Origin: Candidatus Zambryskibacteria bacterium RIFCSPHIGHO2_01_FULL_46_25
GTDB lineage: Bacteria; Patescibacteriota; Minisyncoccia; Phycocordibacterales; Zambryskibacteraceae
DNA length: 64,000 bases
Direction: 5' to 3'
Assembly: GCA_001825155.1 (NCBI GenBank)
Contig: MHVH01000006.1
Coordinates: forward strand, 4,939 to 68,938
This document shows positions 63,431-64,000 of the stretch, one piece after another. How positions within the stretch are numbered: position 1 is the stretch's first letter; each line of letters begins with the position of its first letter. Under the pieces are notes generated by a model, which searched no databases, was not told where the DNA came from, and worked only from the letters and a program-made list of their open reading frames with translations. A program made the position numbers and the translations under genes.

Positions 63431-64000
63431 ATGATTTCTTTGAGAGAACAGCAGAAAAAGCTATCTATAAACTTAATAAATTACGATCTTGAAAGGATGT
63501 GGAGTGCGCACCCTCTTATTTCAGAATTAAGGAAGCGAATTCTTCCTTTATTTCCCAAAAATGCAATATATGATCCCCAAGATTTGGAACATCAAGTTCT
63601 CTTTCGTCTCACGACCTTTGACCCAAAAGATATTAATGATGACCTCATACAATTTATAATTGATGAACAGTATCGTATTGTGCGGGACCGCCTTGATAAT
63701 TTAAAAGGTAAATTTGATATCGATTATCTTTTCAGGGGCTTAACCGAGAAATATCATGACCTTAATGTAAGTGACAGATTGGAATTAAAGTGGGAGGGTG
63801 AAAATCTTGTGGCAAAAAATGACAAAAGGTCTTTCAACATAGATTTTAGAGTGGTTCACGATGAGGATATCATAAGTCTATTCTCAAACGAACTTCACTA
63901 TATTCATAGGGATCGTCCGCGTGGCGAGACTTTCGGTTTTTATTTTGCTGGCGATGATATCCCGTGGGCTATAGAAACTACAGAGCCTTCTCCTATCGCT
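63431..64000 (+). CDS. hypothetical protein, 3'-truncated by the window edge
   Basis: Open frame from ATG 63431 to the end of the window (MISLREQQKKLS...). Confidence 0.4.
   Translation, partial: MISLREQQKKLSINLINYDLERMWSAHPLISELRKRILPLFPKNAIYDPQDLEHQVLFRLTTFDPKDINDDLIQFIIDEQYRIVRDRLDNLKGKFDIDYLFRGLTEKYHDLNVSDRLELKWEGENLVAKNDKRSFNIDFRVVHDEDIISLFSNELHYIHRDRPRGETFGFYFAGDDIPWAIETTEPSPIA

Noticed and set aside
1-64000. CRISPR arrays, rRNA genes, integrase or recombinase genes
   Set aside because: Searched by eye for regularly spaced direct repeats with unique spacers and for rRNA or integrase signatures; none found. The repeats present are palindromic or TTTAGGATTT-type with no unique spacers.

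Overview
The window is a compact bacterial chromosome segment. Gene content (short YidC and PolA, a PilB ATPase, a VirB4/PrgI-type locus, a four-helix-bundle protein, many tiny accessory ORFs) suggests a Candidate-Phyla-Radiation/Patescibacteria-like organism; this is inference only. The core is an origin-proximal housekeeping block: rpsT, ruvA, fpg, trmH-like, folD, polA, tsaE, pilB, ruvB, yebC, ruvC, tyrS, PBP1A, then dnaN and dnaA on the minus strand facing rpmH-rnpA-yidC on the plus strand. Further housekeeping genes are ksgA, uvrD/pcrA, an M23 peptidase, yifB/comM, rpsO, nusA, an H+-pyrophosphatase, clpP, rny, hup, cca, xth, and a tRNA cluster (Arg, Gly, three Pro, Trp). Around these sit five accessory layers. 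First, a type-IV-secretion-like island (about 20990-35880) with a VirB4 ATPase, a PrgI/VirB3-like protein, a VirB2-like pilin and a VirB6-like polytopic protein. Second, at least five toxin-antitoxin-like pairs, including two Panacea-domain antitoxins (one beside a novel toxin candidate), AbrB-Doc, RHH-RelE, and an orphan MazF. Third, two copies of a histidine-kinase-like ATPase plus STAS-like DUF4325 module, one fused to a MerR HTH and followed by a DUF397 gene. Fourth, a REP/RAYT-like system whose 21-bp palindrome is inserted in-frame into ksgA and into the transposase gene itself. Fifth, a second dispersed repeat family (TTTAGGATTT/AAATCCTAA, with MITE-like TATAAACCCTAAA inverted termini) that is translated in-frame inside polA and cca, forms the C-termini of RuvA and the PrgI-like protein, and supplies -10-like boxes 6 nt upstream of three start codons, suggesting leaderless transcripts. 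No CRISPR array or rRNA gene was seen.
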